NCBI GenBank assembly: GCA_964428845.1
Contig: CAYRZH010000004.1
Span: 3,228 to 67,227, forward strand
DNA from: an uncultured Candidatus Saccharibacteria bacterium
GTDB taxonomy: Bacteria > Patescibacteriota > Minisyncoccia > Phycocordibacterales > DATGWK01
Length of the DNA: 64,000 bases
Direction: 5' to 3'
The notes under the pieces are model-generated. The model did not search any database. It saw only the letters and a program-made list of their open reading frames with translations, and was not told the origin of the DNA. Below are positions 1 through 10,559 of this stretch, in pieces. The position numbers were made by a program, and so were the translations under genes. Within the stretch, counting starts at the first letter, position 1; each line of letters starts with the position of its first letter.

Positions 1-85
1 TGATTTTGACAGCATCTGCGATTATATCGATACCTCTTTTCAGAGACTTTCTTGCTTCTTCGTTAAATTTGATCTGTTTACTCAT
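1..85 (-). CDS. groL: Chaperonin GroEL, N-terminus only (runs off the window start)
   Basis: ATG at 85 reads [28 protein letters not shown]; directly downstream of groES. Confidence 0.93.
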   Translation of the reverse strand, partial: MSKQIKFNEEARKSLKRGIDIIADAVKI

Positions 86-114
86 AGGTTTTTTGGTTTT
101 TATTAAGTCGTATG

Positions 115-486
115 TTATTTCCTAATAACGGCCAAAATATTTTCTTCTTTTATAATATAAAGTTCGCTGTCTCCATTTTTTACTTCCTCAAAGCCATACT
201 TTGAAAAAATAATTCTATCTCCAACTTTTAGCTTGATAGGAACGCGCTTGCCGTCTTCGAAGCGACCTTCCCCAACTGCCATTACAATCCCTTGTTCAGA
301 CCGCTCTTTCTCTGCAGTATCCGGGATAATAATTCCAAAAGTGCTTTTTGCTTCCAATTCAGAAGCCATGATTGGCCTTACAAGAACCCTGTCGCCGAGT
401 GGCATGATTTTTGGTTCCGCGTGAGTCTCCGTCGTTTTGGTTTCTTTCTTGGTGACTTTTTTGGCTGATTTCTTGTGTTTTTTCAT
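115..486 (-). CDS. groS: Co-chaperonin GroES with Lys-rich N-terminal extension
   Basis: [36 protein letters not shown] motifs; start placed at MKKHKK. Confidence 0.93.
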   Translation of the reverse strand: MKKHKKSAKKVTKKETKTTETHAEPKIMPLGDRVLVRPIMASELEAKSTFGIIIPDTAEKERSEQGIVMAVGEGRFEDGKRVPIKLKVGDRIIFSKYGFEEVKNGDSELYIIKEENILAVIRK

Positions 487-658
487 AGCGAAATTAAAAT
501 CTGACTTATAATAAGTGGACGTAGTATAGGACCATTTTTCTCTTGATGTCAACTCTTAGAGCAAGGCCTAGTGTTACAAAAAGAGCTGTCTATGTTTGTA
601 CATAAACAGCTCTCACCGTCCTTAAAATCTTTCTCGCATCTCGGGCTGATCCGGCTAC

Positions 659-1369
659 TCAAGTATGAAGAGGGTCCTTGAAACCTCGAAAGGGATTCGG
701 ATAAGCCGGTGAATGCCCAGCCCAAAGCTGTCCGGTTCCCAGAGTCTCTCCGACAAGAGTCGGTATCATTTCCGGCCTTCCATACAGATCCTTGAAGTAG
801 GCATTCCATCGAGGAGCATCCGCGTGTGCTAGAGCCCTTTCGACAGAAATAAACCTGGTGACATCCGGAGAAAGCGAGCGTGTGTATTCGTGGGTGAACC
901 CATCATGCCTCATCATGGCCGTTATTCTGCCAAAATGGATAAAGAGCGAAAGAACTGCGACATTTCTACCCCAACCGTAATCTCGCGCTATCGTGGCACA
1001 GAGAACTACTTGCTCTCTCGTATCAAACGCCACCGACTCTTCGATGATGACTCCCGAGGGCACCCCGAGTTCACGGAGTTCAGCCGCCATAACGCTTGAG
1101 ATTGGGGGGCCATGGCTAGCTCCACCTATGTTTGTCCGACCACCCGAAGGAACAAGAATCAACTTCGGATTGATCTGGTGAAGAACTGCGGCCGCCTGCA
1201 CCCTCTCATAACTCGGCATTGCGCCAGTTTTGTCTGTCTCTACCCCCCTAAGTGATCTCCAACCCAACCCTCCGAGATGACTCGGATCGCTTGCGGGTGT
1301 GATATCTCCGCCGAAGATGAAAACCGCCTTCAGACTCTTTACCACTTGTTCCAGCGCCTGATCTGGCAT
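659..1369 (-). CDS. YdcF/DUF218-like protein
   Basis: VFIFGG, ERVQAA, LVPSGG, IIEE..AFDT pattern typical of DUF218. Confidence 0.6.
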   Translation of the reverse strand: MPDQALEQVVKSLKAVFIFGGDITPASDPSHLGGLGWRSLRGVETDKTGAMPSYERVQAAAVLHQINPKLILVPSGGRTNIGGASHGPPISSVMAAELRELGVPSGVIIEESVAFDTREQVVLCATIARDYGWGRNVAVLSLFIHFGRITAMMRHDGFTHEYTRSLSPDVTRFISVERALAHADAPRWNAYFKDLYGRPEMIPTLVGETLGTGQLWAGHSPAYPNPFRGFKDPLHT

Positions 1370-1484
1370 ACACCTCTCCTGTTGTATGTTGCGGGTTTGA
1401 ACAGCAAACCTCTAAAACTAACCATGACACAGATGAGTTTGGTTTGCAATAGATCATGTTGCACAATTAAAAAACGGTAGTATA

Positions 1485-1730
1485 ATGCTCGGAATGATGT
1501 CTTTTTTCGGTGGAGTCTTACCGTACATTCAGATTATTCTCTCGATTGTCCTCATAGGTGCCGTACTTCTTCAGAGATCAGAGTCTGGTCTCGGCAGTGG
1601 ATTCGGTGGGGATGGTTTTTCGTCTGGGCATCACGAACGCCGAGGTTTCGAAAAAACATTATTTTATTTAACAATTATTGTTGCTTGTCTGTTTGCCGTC
1701 TCCTCATTTATCACTCTCGTCGCACGATAA
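1485..1730 (+). CDS. secG: Preprotein translocase subunit SecG
   Basis: Two TM helices flanking VLLQRSESGLGSGFGG and RRGFEK. Confidence 0.9.
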   Translation: MLGMMSFFGGVLPYIQIILSIVLIGAVLLQRSESGLGSGFGGDGFSSGHHERRGFEKTLFYLTIIVACLFAVSSFITLVAR

Positions 1731-1794
1731 CTTAAAACAAAATTGGGCTTCACCCACTACTAATTGCTTAATTGCTTCCGCAGATAAATTTTAA

Positions 1795-3513
1795 ATGACA
1801 CTTAAAAATAATTGGCGTTATCCCATTCATGGTTTCGGAGAACGAGCTTACTCGGACTCATCGCAGACCGAGAGAATCCTCTTCTTTTTTATAGCGGGAG
1901 TCTGCCTTATAAGCGGCCTTCTTCTCCTTTGGAGACTCAATGATTCTTTTCTAATCGAGGTCCCAGAACGGGGAGGAACTATAAGCGAGGGTATTATCGG
2001 AATTCCGAGATTCATAAACCCGGCACTCGAAGCTTCAGACGCCGATAAAGACATGACGGCCCTAGTCTACGCCGGCCTCTTGCGCGCAACACCTGAAGGG
2101 GATTTGGTAGTAGACGCCGCAAAAGAATACTCGGTTTCTCCAGACGGCCGAACATATCACTTCGTCCTCAAAGACAACCTAGTTTTCCACGACGGCACCC
2201 CACTTACAGCCGACGACGTAGAATTCACTATCCAGAAAATCCAAGACCCAAGTATAAAAAGCCCAAAGCGTGGCACTTGGAATGATGTTGTAGTTGAGAA
2301 AATAAACTCCAAAGAAATTAAGTTTACTATAAGACAACCCTTCTCCCCCTTTATCTACAACACCACTGTGGGAATTTTGCCGAAACATATCTGGAAAGAA
2401 GTACCGACAGATGAATTTTCTTTTAGCCAATTCAACATAAACCCGGTTGGGAGCGGGCCCTATAAGATAAAAAATATCAAAAGAAATTCAATTGGACTTC
2501 CTATTTACCACCAACTTGTTTCTTTTGAAAATTACAGCCTCGGTGAACCTTTTGTAGATCGGTTTTTTGCAAACTTCTACCAAAACGAAAAGGAGCTTCT
2601 GGTTGGTTACAAACGAGGCGAGATAGACAGCCTCGGTGGAATTTCTCCCAAATACGCTCGTGATATAGAAAACAGTAGTAAGTTGGTTCTTTCTACGTTG
2701 CCACGAACTTTCGGTATCTTTTTCAACCAAAATCAGGCGGCAGTTTTTGTAAACAAAGAAGTAAGACAGGCTCTTGCTTTAGCTATAGAAAAGGACCTTA
2801 TCATAAATGAGGTGTTATATGGTTTTGGAAAGAAAATCGATGGACCTCTTTTGAGAGTTGCTGAATCAGATGAAAATGAAGCTACCACTACCCCCACCGA
2901 CAGAGCTATCGCTCTTCTCACCAAAAATGGCTGGTCTATAAACGAGAGCACTGGCGTGATGGAGAAGAAGAACAAAACTAGCACCACGATTCTTAAATTT
3001 TCCATAGAAACAAGTGATGCTCCGGAACTCAAACAAACCGCAGAAATAATAAAAGATTCTTGGAAAAAAATTGGGGCCGATGTTGACGTAAAAATATTTG
3101 AAATAAGCGATCTAAATCAAAACATCATTAGACCAAGAAAATATGATGCTTTGCTTTTCGGTGAGGTAATTGGGAGTGATAAAGATTTCTACCCTTTTTG
3201 GCACTCATCGCAAAGGATTGATCCAGGCCTAAACATTGCTCTCTACACAAATATTAAAACAGACAAGCTACTCGAAGAAATACGAGTTGCTCTCGACAAA
3301 AAAGTACGGGAAGAAAAACTCGACGAATTCGAAAAGATCGTCAAGGAAGATAGCCCCGTCGCTTTTATTTATGCTCCAGAATTTATTTATATAGTTCCGA
3401 AAACAGTCAAAAACGTGAGGCTGGGTGAAATTAGCAATTCTGGGGAAAGATTTTTGAATGTACACGAATGGTATATAGATACAAATAAAGTGTGGAAAAT
3501 ATTTACTCAATAA
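1795..3513 (+). CDS. ABC transporter peptide-binding protein (SBP family 5)
   Basis: N-terminal TM, FHDGTPLTADDVEFT, PVGSGPY motifs. Confidence 0.88.
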   Translation: MTLKNNWRYPIHGFGERAYSDSSQTERILFFFIAGVCLISGLLLLWRLNDSFLIEVPERGGTISEGIIGIPRFINPALEASDADKDMTALVYAGLLRATPEGDLVVDAAKEYSVSPDGRTYHFVLKDNLVFHDGTPLTADDVEFTIQKIQDPSIKSPKRGTWNDVVVEKINSKEIKFTIRQPFSPFIYNTTVGILPKHIWKEVPTDEFSFSQFNINPVGSGPYKIKNIKRNSIGLPIYHQLVSFENYSLGEPFVDRFFANFYQNEKELLVGYKRGEIDSLGGISPKYARDIENSSKLVLSTLPRTFGIFFNQNQAAVFVNKEVRQALALAIEKDLIINEVLYGFGKKIDGPLLRVAESDENEATTTPTDRAIALLTKNGWSINESTGVMEKKNKTSTTILKFSIETSDAPELKQTAEIIKDSWKKIGADVDVKIFEISDLNQNIIRPRKYDALLFGEVIGSDKDFYPFWHSSQRIDPGLNIALYTNIKTDKLLEEIRVALDKKVREEKLDEFEKIVKEDSPVAFIYAPEFIYIVPKTVKNVRLGEISNSGERFLNVHEWYIDTNKVWKIFTQ

Positions 3514-3522
3514 AACAACAAA

Positions 3523-5373
3523 ATGGACCCAAAACAAACAATGGGAACTACCGAACCGACAATGCGCCCCATGAGGCGAGGTCGAATTTCTAATATGAGA
3601 CGCCCAATGCGACCAAGATTCAATAATAGAGGAGGACCTCCAGGTGGACGCAGAAGAGACGAGCCGCTTCAACGCAAGGAGGATTACAAAATTCCACCAC
3701 CCGGTGAAAACATAAGAATCATTCCTTTGGGAGGCGTGGAAGAAATCGGCAAAAACATGATGGTCATCGAATACAAAGATGACATTATAGTCGTCGATGC
3801 CGGTATAAAATTCACCGACGAAGAAACCCCGGGAATAGATTACATTCTTCCCAACACAAAATATCTTGAGGAGAACCGATCAAAGATCCGAGCTCTCGTC
3901 ATAACCCACGGTCATTTGGACCACATCGGCGGTATCCCCTATCTCATTGATCGACTCGGCAATCCGCCCATATACACTCGAGAATTCGGAGCTTTGCTTA
4001 TAAAAAAGCGCCAGGAGGAATTCCAACATTTGGCCCCCTTAAATATAAAAATCGTCGAGCAAAACGACGGAGCTCTTCCTATTACTAAAGATATAAAAAT
4101 ACGCTTCTTTGGTCTTACCCATTCTATTCCAGACTCAACTGGCGTGATCATCGAAACCCCTTTCGGCGACATCGTAAACACCGGTGACGTACGAGTAGAC
4201 AATGTAGACGGTGTTCCCACAGAAAAAGAGATCGAGCAATACAAGTTTTTCAAAGACAGAAATATTTTGCTACTTACTATGGATTCCACCGGTATCGAAA
4301 AACCCGGCTTCTCCCTTTCTGAAGAGACAGTTATAAATACTATAGACAAAATCGTCGGTGGAGTACCAGGAAGAATCCTTATTGCAACTTTTGCTTCCCA
4401 AGTAGAGCGCATCATTGAGTTTCTAAAGATGGCCAAAAAATATGGCAAAAAGGTTGTTGTCGAGGGCAGAAGCATGAAGACCAATGTTGAGATTATCAGA
4501 CATCTGGGACTTGTAGATGTTGAACATATCATTCCGATCGAAGAAATAGAGAGTTATCCTCCCCACAAAATCATGATTATAGCGACTGGCGCCCAGGGAG
4601 AAGAATTTGCTGCACTCATGAGAATGTCAAACAAGACCCACAAATATATAAGACTAAATAAAACAGACACAATCATTCTTTCGTCTTCGGTCATCCCAGG
4701 AAACGAAAAAGCCATCACCAAACTAAAAGATAATCTTTTCCGCCACGATGCCCACATCATCACCTATCTCGACTCTGATGTACACGCAAGCGGTCACGGG
4801 AAACGCGGTGAACTAGAATGGATCCACAGGCAGATCCCGTACAAGTTCTTTATGCCTGTTCATGGGCACCACTACATGCTTAAAATGCACGCCGAACTGG
4901 CTCTCAATCGAGGTGTTTCAAGCAACAACATTATTGTCCCAGACAACGGCAGTATCATAGAAATAAAAGATAAGGGACAAAAAATAGAGCTTTTGAAAGA
5001 AAAGGCACCTTCAGACGACATGATGGTTGAAGGATTTAACATCGGAGATATCCAGGAAGTAGTCATCCGCGACCGTAAGATGCTTGCCGAAGATGGAATG
5101 TTCGTAATTATCGCAAGCATCGATGCCAAAACTGGCAAACTAAGGAAATCCCCAGACATAATTTCTAGAGGATTTGTCTACTTGAGGGAATCACAAGACT
5201 TATTGCAACAAAGCCGAATTCTTATAAAAAAGACTATTGAAAATGCAACAATGGGTATGAACCCTATCAACTTCGAATACGTAAAATCAAACGTAACCGA
5301 TGCGGTCAGTCGCTTCTTGTTTCAGAAAACCGCCAAAAAACCGATTGTTATCCCAGTAGTGCTCGGAATGTAG
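3523..5373 (+). CDS. rnj: Ribonuclease J
   Basis: PLGGVEEIGKNM, THGHLDHIGG, HASGHG, PVHG metallo-beta-lactamase/beta-CASP motifs. Confidence 0.96.
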   Translation: MDPKQTMGTTEPTMRPMRRGRISNMRRPMRPRFNNRGGPPGGRRRDEPLQRKEDYKIPPPGENIRIIPLGGVEEIGKNMMVIEYKDDIIVVDAGIKFTDEETPGIDYILPNTKYLEENRSKIRALVITHGHLDHIGGIPYLIDRLGNPPIYTREFGALLIKKRQEEFQHLAPLNIKIVEQNDGALPITKDIKIRFFGLTHSIPDSTGVIIETPFGDIVNTGDVRVDNVDGVPTEKEIEQYKFFKDRNILLLTMDSTGIEKPGFSLSEETVINTIDKIVGGVPGRILIATFASQVERIIEFLKMAKKYGKKVVVEGRSMKTNVEIIRHLGLVDVEHIIPIEEIESYPPHKIMIIATGAQGEEFAALMRMSNKTHKYIRLNKTDTIILSSSVIPGNEKAITKLKDNLFRHDAHIITYLDSDVHASGHGKRGELEWIHRQIPYKFFMPVHGHHYMLKMHAELALNRGVSSNNIIVPDNGSIIEIKDKGQKIELLKEKAPSDDMMVEGFNIGDIQEVVIRDRKMLAEDGMFVIIASIDAKTGKLRKSPDIISRGFVYLRESQDLLQQSRILIKKTIENATMGMNPINFEYVKSNVTDAVSRFLFQKTAKKPIVIPVVLGM

Positions 5374-5536
5374 TTGATGTAGTCGGCGCCGCGGGAGAAA
5401 GCCGCGAGAAAAATTTACCAAAGAATGCGAGGTTCTCGCCAAAAGAAAAGCCCCACGCGCGGCAAGCGGCGGGGCCGGAGGTTTTTGAGGGGTCCTTTCC
5501 CTTTTTTCTGGCTCGCACTTTCTAGCTCGCCTCGTC

Positions 5537-6532
5537 CTAGATGCCCCAGATATCACCTGGGGGGACTTCGCTGTGGACTTCGCTTGTGATGGAGCGTTTC
5601 CTGTATACTCCGGGCTGGATAGTATCGTAGCGCCTCCAGAGAAAACTGACTTTGTCCACCCACACGACCTCCCAGATGATCTCCTGAAGTCCATCGGCCT
5701 CGATTACCAACTTGGAGCGAAACACGTAGCAGTCATGACCGCCCTCGATGGCGTCAGCTTCCTGTTCCCCGTTCGCGATCTTGTTTCTGAACGACCTGGC
5801 CTTGTCGAGGGGCTGACCCTCTTCGACACCAACCCAACTGTACTGATGTGAACCGATGAAGCACTCTTCTTCGAAATGGTTTTCCAGCGTATCGGTCCCA
5901 TGTGGGTAGTCGCTGTCAGATTGAGACAGTGGTCCGTCCCCCATTCTCTCGCTGATTATCCCATCCACGAGAGAGACAGCGAAGATGCGCTCCCCTCTCT
6001 TGAAGAGAATCGTCCTGAAAGCGTTCTTGGCCGACCTGAAATCGATAACGACTGGCTCTGTGCCACCCACAACTGGATAATCGCCATCCTCGGTCCGAAT
6101 CGACTCTACCTTGATCGTAGCCGTGAAATAGGGCGCGTTACGAAGAGTCTCCTCGGCACGCTGGGCGATCTCCTCCTTCGAGGGTCGCTCGGGCAACAAG
6201 GGCTGTTCGGGCACGATAGCTTCAGGACTGATAGCGACAGGGACATCGGTAGAAACAGTGAGTGTGGGCTGGGTCATTCCCTCGGTAGCACAGGCTGGCA
6301 AAAGCAGCATGAGCACCAGAGCCACCGAGGTTGAAAGAAGGCTGGCGAAGATTCTGCGAAAAAGATCAACACGACCTGCGTCGACTTCTGCCTGCGATTT
6401 CAACGTATGGGACAAGGAGCACCTCCTGTGAATGGTTTTTGGTGGGATGAGCGAACTAGTGACAAAAAACTTTCCACCTTCAAAATATACTGATATTGGC
6501 TTCTTGTCAACTTCGCGCACGGGAATTTTCAT
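5537..6532 (-). CDS. Hypothetical lipoprotein (true start probably internal), GC-rich
   Basis: Hydrophobic stretch ending in lipobox-like LLLPAC; long ORF. Confidence 0.55.
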   Translation of the reverse strand: MKIPVREVDKKPISVYFEGGKFFVTSSLIPPKTIHRRCSLSHTLKSQAEVDAGRVDLFRRIFASLLSTSVALVLMLLLPACATEGMTQPTLTVSTDVPVAISPEAIVPEQPLLPERPSKEEIAQRAEETLRNAPYFTATIKVESIRTEDGDYPVVGGTEPVVIDFRSAKNAFRTILFKRGERIFAVSLVDGIISERMGDGPLSQSDSDYPHGTDTLENHFEEECFIGSHQYSWVGVEEGQPLDKARSFRNKIANGEQEADAIEGGHDCYVFRSKLVIEADGLQEIIWEVVWVDKVSFLWRRYDTIQPGVYRKRSITSEVHSEVPPGDIWGI

Positions 6533-6662
6533 TGCTTCAATTGCATTTCAAAGCGGAATTTTCACTACATATAAACGCAACAAAATACAAAGAAAAAGAC
6601 CCCTCGATAGCGAAGGGTCTGGAGGATCGAACTGAACTTGTCTTGTGACTACTTGCCCTCGG

Positions 6663-7349
6663 TCACCGGCGTAGCACGACAGCGGGATTGTTCCAAGTGT
6701 AGATGGGGTAGAAAGCCAGAATCTGGTGATCCCTCATGACCTGGACCGTGGCACGCCACTGGCAGTACGCCAGAACCGCACCCGGGTTCAAGGAGCAGCC
6801 GATACCAGGATCATCACACTCGGGGTTGGTACAAACCCGCCTGACAACAATCAGCGGATCCCCACCCCAGCACCGGCAGACAGCGACGGTAGTGCTGTCA
6901 CCACCACCGAGAGAGCCCAGGGTGATCCGGAGACCACCAAAGCCCTCGAGACCAGAGATCTGAATGACGATGTTCTGGTTGTCGTCGAGACCGAGGACGA
7001 GGTGGACAGCTCTGCCCGAACCGCCCGACACCAAACCGTCGATCGTGATGCTGTTGCTCGCGTAGGAGATTCCGGTTGTTGTGACGGGCAAGCCGTTCAC
7101 AAACACAATCGGGAAACGGTTCATCCAGAAGACGGCAACATGAGAACTGCTGCCGCTGACTGTGTCGAGGAGCTTCGCGCTGAAGATCTCCGGACCGAAG
7201 CTGTCGAGCACGGTGTAGACAGAGGATTGCGATTTCTCTGTGCTCGACGAATCATCCAGGGCTACAGCCCGAGGGGTCAACACGACGAGTGCGACCAGGG
7301 CAGTGGCCAGTAACACAAACAGCCTTCTCGTGCGAACGATGCCAACCAT
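6663..7349 (-). CDS. Hypothetical secreted protein with Cys-rich C-terminus, GC-rich
   Basis: Signal peptide RTRRLFVLLATALVALVVLTPRAVA; CRCWG, CTNPEC, YCQW. Confidence 0.6.
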   Translation of the reverse strand: MVGIVRTRRLFVLLATALVALVVLTPRAVALDDSSSTEKSQSSVYTVLDSFGPEIFSAKLLDTVSGSSSHVAVFWMNRFPIVFVNGLPVTTTGISYASNSITIDGLVSGGSGRAVHLVLGLDDNQNIVIQISGLEGFGGLRITLGSLGGGDSTTVAVCRCWGGDPLIVVRRVCTNPECDDPGIGCSLNPGAVLAYCQWRATVQVMRDHQILAFYPIYTWNNPAVVLRR

Positions 7350-7493
7350 AGGGCCCCCTTTCTTTTTGGGCGGTGACAGGAAAGACAATGAACAAATCCT
7401 AGATTTAGAATATACCTAATATAACTATCCCGTCAAATACCTTCAGCACCACGGAAAATTAGATCAGAAATACTTGCTATAATAGACCGATAT

Positions 7494-8636
7494 ATGCTCC
7501 GAAATATTTACACCTCGACAGCAATTTTTGCCTTTCATTCATGCTTGATTCTCTACATTAACTCCTCGTTTTTGGGAAAATTTTTTGACAATGCAGCACT
7601 TGGAGTCATCTACATCGTCGGGGCAATTATAAATATTATACTTCTTGTCTCTCTACCGAGGATTATTGGAAATTTTGGGGTCCACAGGGTCCTTTTACTC
7701 TTTATTCTTCTCGAAGGCATAGCAACACTTGGCATGGTGTTCGCGAACTCCCCATTCTTTGCGGCCTCTTCGTTTACCCTGCATCAAGCAATGATAATCA
7801 TGATTCTTTTCTTGTTCGATGAATATCTAGAATATGCATCTAAGAAAGAAGGCTTTACGGGTAGAATTCGCTCGGCTTATCTCACAATATCGAGCACAGT
7901 TCTTGTGGTATCCCCCACCCTCGCTGGCGCAATCGCTGGCGGTCCGCATGGTTTCGATGCGGTATACATGCTGTCATCCTTCTTTCTCATACCGTTATTT
8001 TTCATAGTCTGGAGAAATCTTCGCTTTAAAGAAAGTAGCCAATCTTATGATGGCATAAGAAAAGCAATCGTTCATTGCCTCAAAGATAAAAATTCCCTCA
8101 CAATTGTTCTTTGTAGGTTTACACTAGAATCTTTTTACGCATGGATGGTCATCTATATGGCCATCTATCTCGTACAGACTGTCGGCTTCGAGTGGAAAGA
8201 GGTTGGTTCGATTTTTACCATCATGCTTTTGCCATTTGTACTTTTTGAAATACCTCTTGGAAATCTCTCAGACCGATCTTGGGGAGAAAAAGAGATTATT
8301 ATAATAGGTTTTTCGATAATAGCCCTTTCCACATTTTTTATCCCATTCATCGCTGGAGCAAGTTTTTTCCTATGGGCAAGCATACTTTTTCTAACACGAG
8401 TTGGGGCAAGCTTTGCAGAAATAGGTACGGAGAGTTTCTTTTTCAAACACGTAAAAGGGAAAGATGCTGGAATGATAAGCCTTTATCGGGCAACCAAACC
8501 TTTTTCATATATCGCTTCACCGGCGATCGCCACAATAACTTTTTCATTACTTTCTTATCAAAATTCCTTTTTTGTTCTTGCGGTATTTGCACTATGTGGA
8601 TCATTTGCCGCTCTAAAACTAAAAGATACGAGATAG
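7494..8636 (+). CDS. MFS transporter
   Basis: About 12 hydrophobic segments; GNLSDRSWGEK motif-A-like loop. Confidence 0.85.
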   Translation: MLRNIYTSTAIFAFHSCLILYINSSFLGKFFDNAALGVIYIVGAIINIILLVSLPRIIGNFGVHRVLLLFILLEGIATLGMVFANSPFFAASSFTLHQAMIIMILFLFDEYLEYASKKEGFTGRIRSAYLTISSTVLVVSPTLAGAIAGGPHGFDAVYMLSSFFLIPLFFIVWRNLRFKESSQSYDGIRKAIVHCLKDKNSLTIVLCRFTLESFYAWMVIYMAIYLVQTVGFEWKEVGSIFTIMLLPFVLFEIPLGNLSDRSWGEKEIIIIGFSIIALSTFFIPFIAGASFFLWASILFLTRVGASFAEIGTESFFFKHVKGKDAGMISLYRATKPFSYIASPAIATITFSLLSYQNSFFVLAVFALCGSFAALKLKDTR

Positions 8637-8704
8637 CTACTACTTTCGGTTTTGTATGTGGATAACTTTATTGTGGTACCTGCATCTGGGTATAAACTTA
8701 AGAG

Positions 8705-8946
8705 CAGATCGAGGAGGTTGACTCACCTCCCACAGAAGTTCCTTCGCTTCGGGCGATGCACCTTCCCGGCTTCTCTCCTCTCTCCTCCGCGGGGCAGTGC
8801 CCAAAGGCAATGCCCCGTTTTGCTTGAAAGACTCGTCTCCCTCACCAACTGGCGCCCGTGCCGGCAACGTTATGGGCGCCATTGCCCTAGTGCACGTCTT
8901 CTTCTTTCTCCAGGACCCCCGCTGTGTAGGCGGGGGTCTTTTTTTC
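8705..8946 (+). ncRNA. Candidate structured small RNA (multiple GC hairpins with C/U-rich linkers, intrinsic terminator)
   Basis: Stems GGAGGT/ACCTCC, CGGGGCAGTGCC/GGCAATGCCCCG, TGGCGCCC/GGGCGCCA; ends GACCCCCGC/GCGGGGGTC+T-run. Confidence 0.4.
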
Positions 8947-8947
8947 T

Positions 8948-9712
8948 CTAGATTTTCAAAAGTTCTAGGCACAGAAAAAGTGGTAATTCTTTTCTCATTC
9001 TGTCTTCTTCTTTCTGCCTAGGACCGGGCTGGCTTTTCTTATGCGAAATCCATTCCTCAAGACGAGATACGACGAAGCCAGAGTTTCTAAAGATTTTAAA
9101 ATAAAACTGAAGTGGACGATGAAAAGATATCGTAAACTTCTCGGGGCCTTTTCTTCCTGGCGTCATATTTATTTCCTCCTTCAATTCTGACATGTAGGCA
9201 CTTATGTTTCTGTGCTGCTTGGTGCCCCCATCATCCCACCCCCAAGAAGAAGCTTTCGGAATACGAAAAGCGGGATGGTTCATGACTATCACTAGTTTCC
9301 CACCTGGTTTGAGTGCCTTGTTACAATTTTTGATGGTTGTCCTAACATCCTCTATATTTTGAACAGCCAGTACGATAACAGCTTTATCAAAATTCTCCAG
9401 AGACGATGGTAATTTTTCGACTCGAGAAACAATAAATTTAAGTCCTGGATTTGAACCATACCGTTTCTTTGCCGCACCGATAAGCTCTTCGGATACGTCC
9501 ACACCGACGACCTCTGCCCCGGCGTGAGTGAATTCGTCAGCAAAAAAACCATTGCCACAGGCGACATCAAGCACTTTGTCTCCCTTATTTATATCAAGTA
9601 CTCGTAGAAGATTTGGGAGAATAACCTGTCTTTGAAACGAGTCCTCATTGTGAGATAAGAGATCATCATACCAGGAAGACACCTCACCCCAAGATGTGTC
9701 ATTTTTACTCAT
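8948..9712 (-). CDS. Class I SAM-dependent methyltransferase
   Basis: VLDVACGNG motif I; LKPGGKLV. Confidence 0.9.
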   Translation of the reverse strand: MSKNDTSWGEVSSWYDDLLSHNEDSFQRQVILPNLLRVLDINKGDKVLDVACGNGFFADEFTHAGAEVVGVDVSEELIGAAKKRYGSNPGLKFIVSRVEKLPSSLENFDKAVIVLAVQNIEDVRTTIKNCNKALKPGGKLVIVMNHPAFRIPKASSWGWDDGGTKQHRNISAYMSELKEEINMTPGRKGPEKFTISFHRPLQFYFKIFRNSGFVVSRLEEWISHKKSQPGPRQKEEDRMRKELPLFLCLELLKI

Positions 9713-9875
9713 AAATTATTGTGGTATATCGAAATATAGCACCAAACCATAAAAATATGAATTATTAAGGATTTATCCCCACCATTTCCCCAACTACCAA
9801 TTTTGAAGGCGAAAAACAGAGCTTTAAAATTGTTGTCAGGTATTAACAACAAATTTAACTACCCTGTTTCCCCAC

Positions 9876-10550
9876 ATGAGAATACTAATAATTGATGACA
9901 ATAAAGATATTAGGGATTTGGTAAAAATTGGACTTGAGGCGGAATCTTTCGTGGTAGATACGTCCCCAGACGGCGAAAGGGGTTCCTACATCGCGAGGAC
10001 AAATGATTATGATTTAGTGATTTTAGACAACGTTATGCCCAAAAAGCATGGGTATGAGGTTTGCAGAGAAATAAGAGATGCAGGAAAGAAAATGCCGATT
10101 CTTATGCTGTCCGTCCAGAGTGAAGTAAGAGACAAGGTCAGTCTTCTTAAATATGGTGCTGATGACTACATGACTAAACCATTTTCTTTCGAGGAGTTGG
10201 TGGCTAGAGTGCGAGCACTTTTGCGCCGCCCAGAGGAAATGAAAGGAGAAATTTTATCTCTTGGAGAACTCAAGCTCAACTCTAGGACACAAGAAGTGCA
10301 AAATGGACATAAAAATATCTATCTTACCAAAAAGGAGTTTTCCCTATTAGAGTTTCTTCTTAGAAACAAAGAACAGGTTGTGTCTCGAGGCCTTATCATG
10401 GAACATGTTTGGGACCTGGACGCAGACCCGTTTTCAAACACAATTGAGACTCACATTTTTAACCTGCGCAAAAAAATCGAGAAATCTAAGAAAGAAAGGC
10501 TGATATGGAATGTGCCCGGTCGTGGATACAAACTCGCCCCGATAGCCTAA
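9876..10550 (+). CDS. OmpR/PhoB-family response regulator
   Basis: REC domain (IIDD, ILDNVMP, GADDYMTKPF) plus wHTH (VPGRGY). Confidence 0.93.
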   Translation: MRILIIDDNKDIRDLVKIGLEAESFVVDTSPDGERGSYIARTNDYDLVILDNVMPKKHGYEVCREIRDAGKKMPILMLSVQSEVRDKVSLLKYGADDYMTKPFSFEELVARVRALLRRPEEMKGEILSLGELKLNSRTQEVQNGHKNIYLTKKEFSLLEFLLRNKEQVVSRGLIMEHVWDLDADPFSNTIETHIFNLRKKIEKSKKERLIWNVPGRGYKLAPIA

Positions 10551-10559
10551 AGAACAATT

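Noticed and set aside
5380-5536. GC-rich intergenic segment after rnj as an ncRNA
   Set aside because: Only short stems between convergent genes and no promoter-terminator frame; insufficient support.
8657-8665. DnaA box as evidence of oriC
   Set aside because: Single isolated box with no cluster or dnaA/dnaN nearby.
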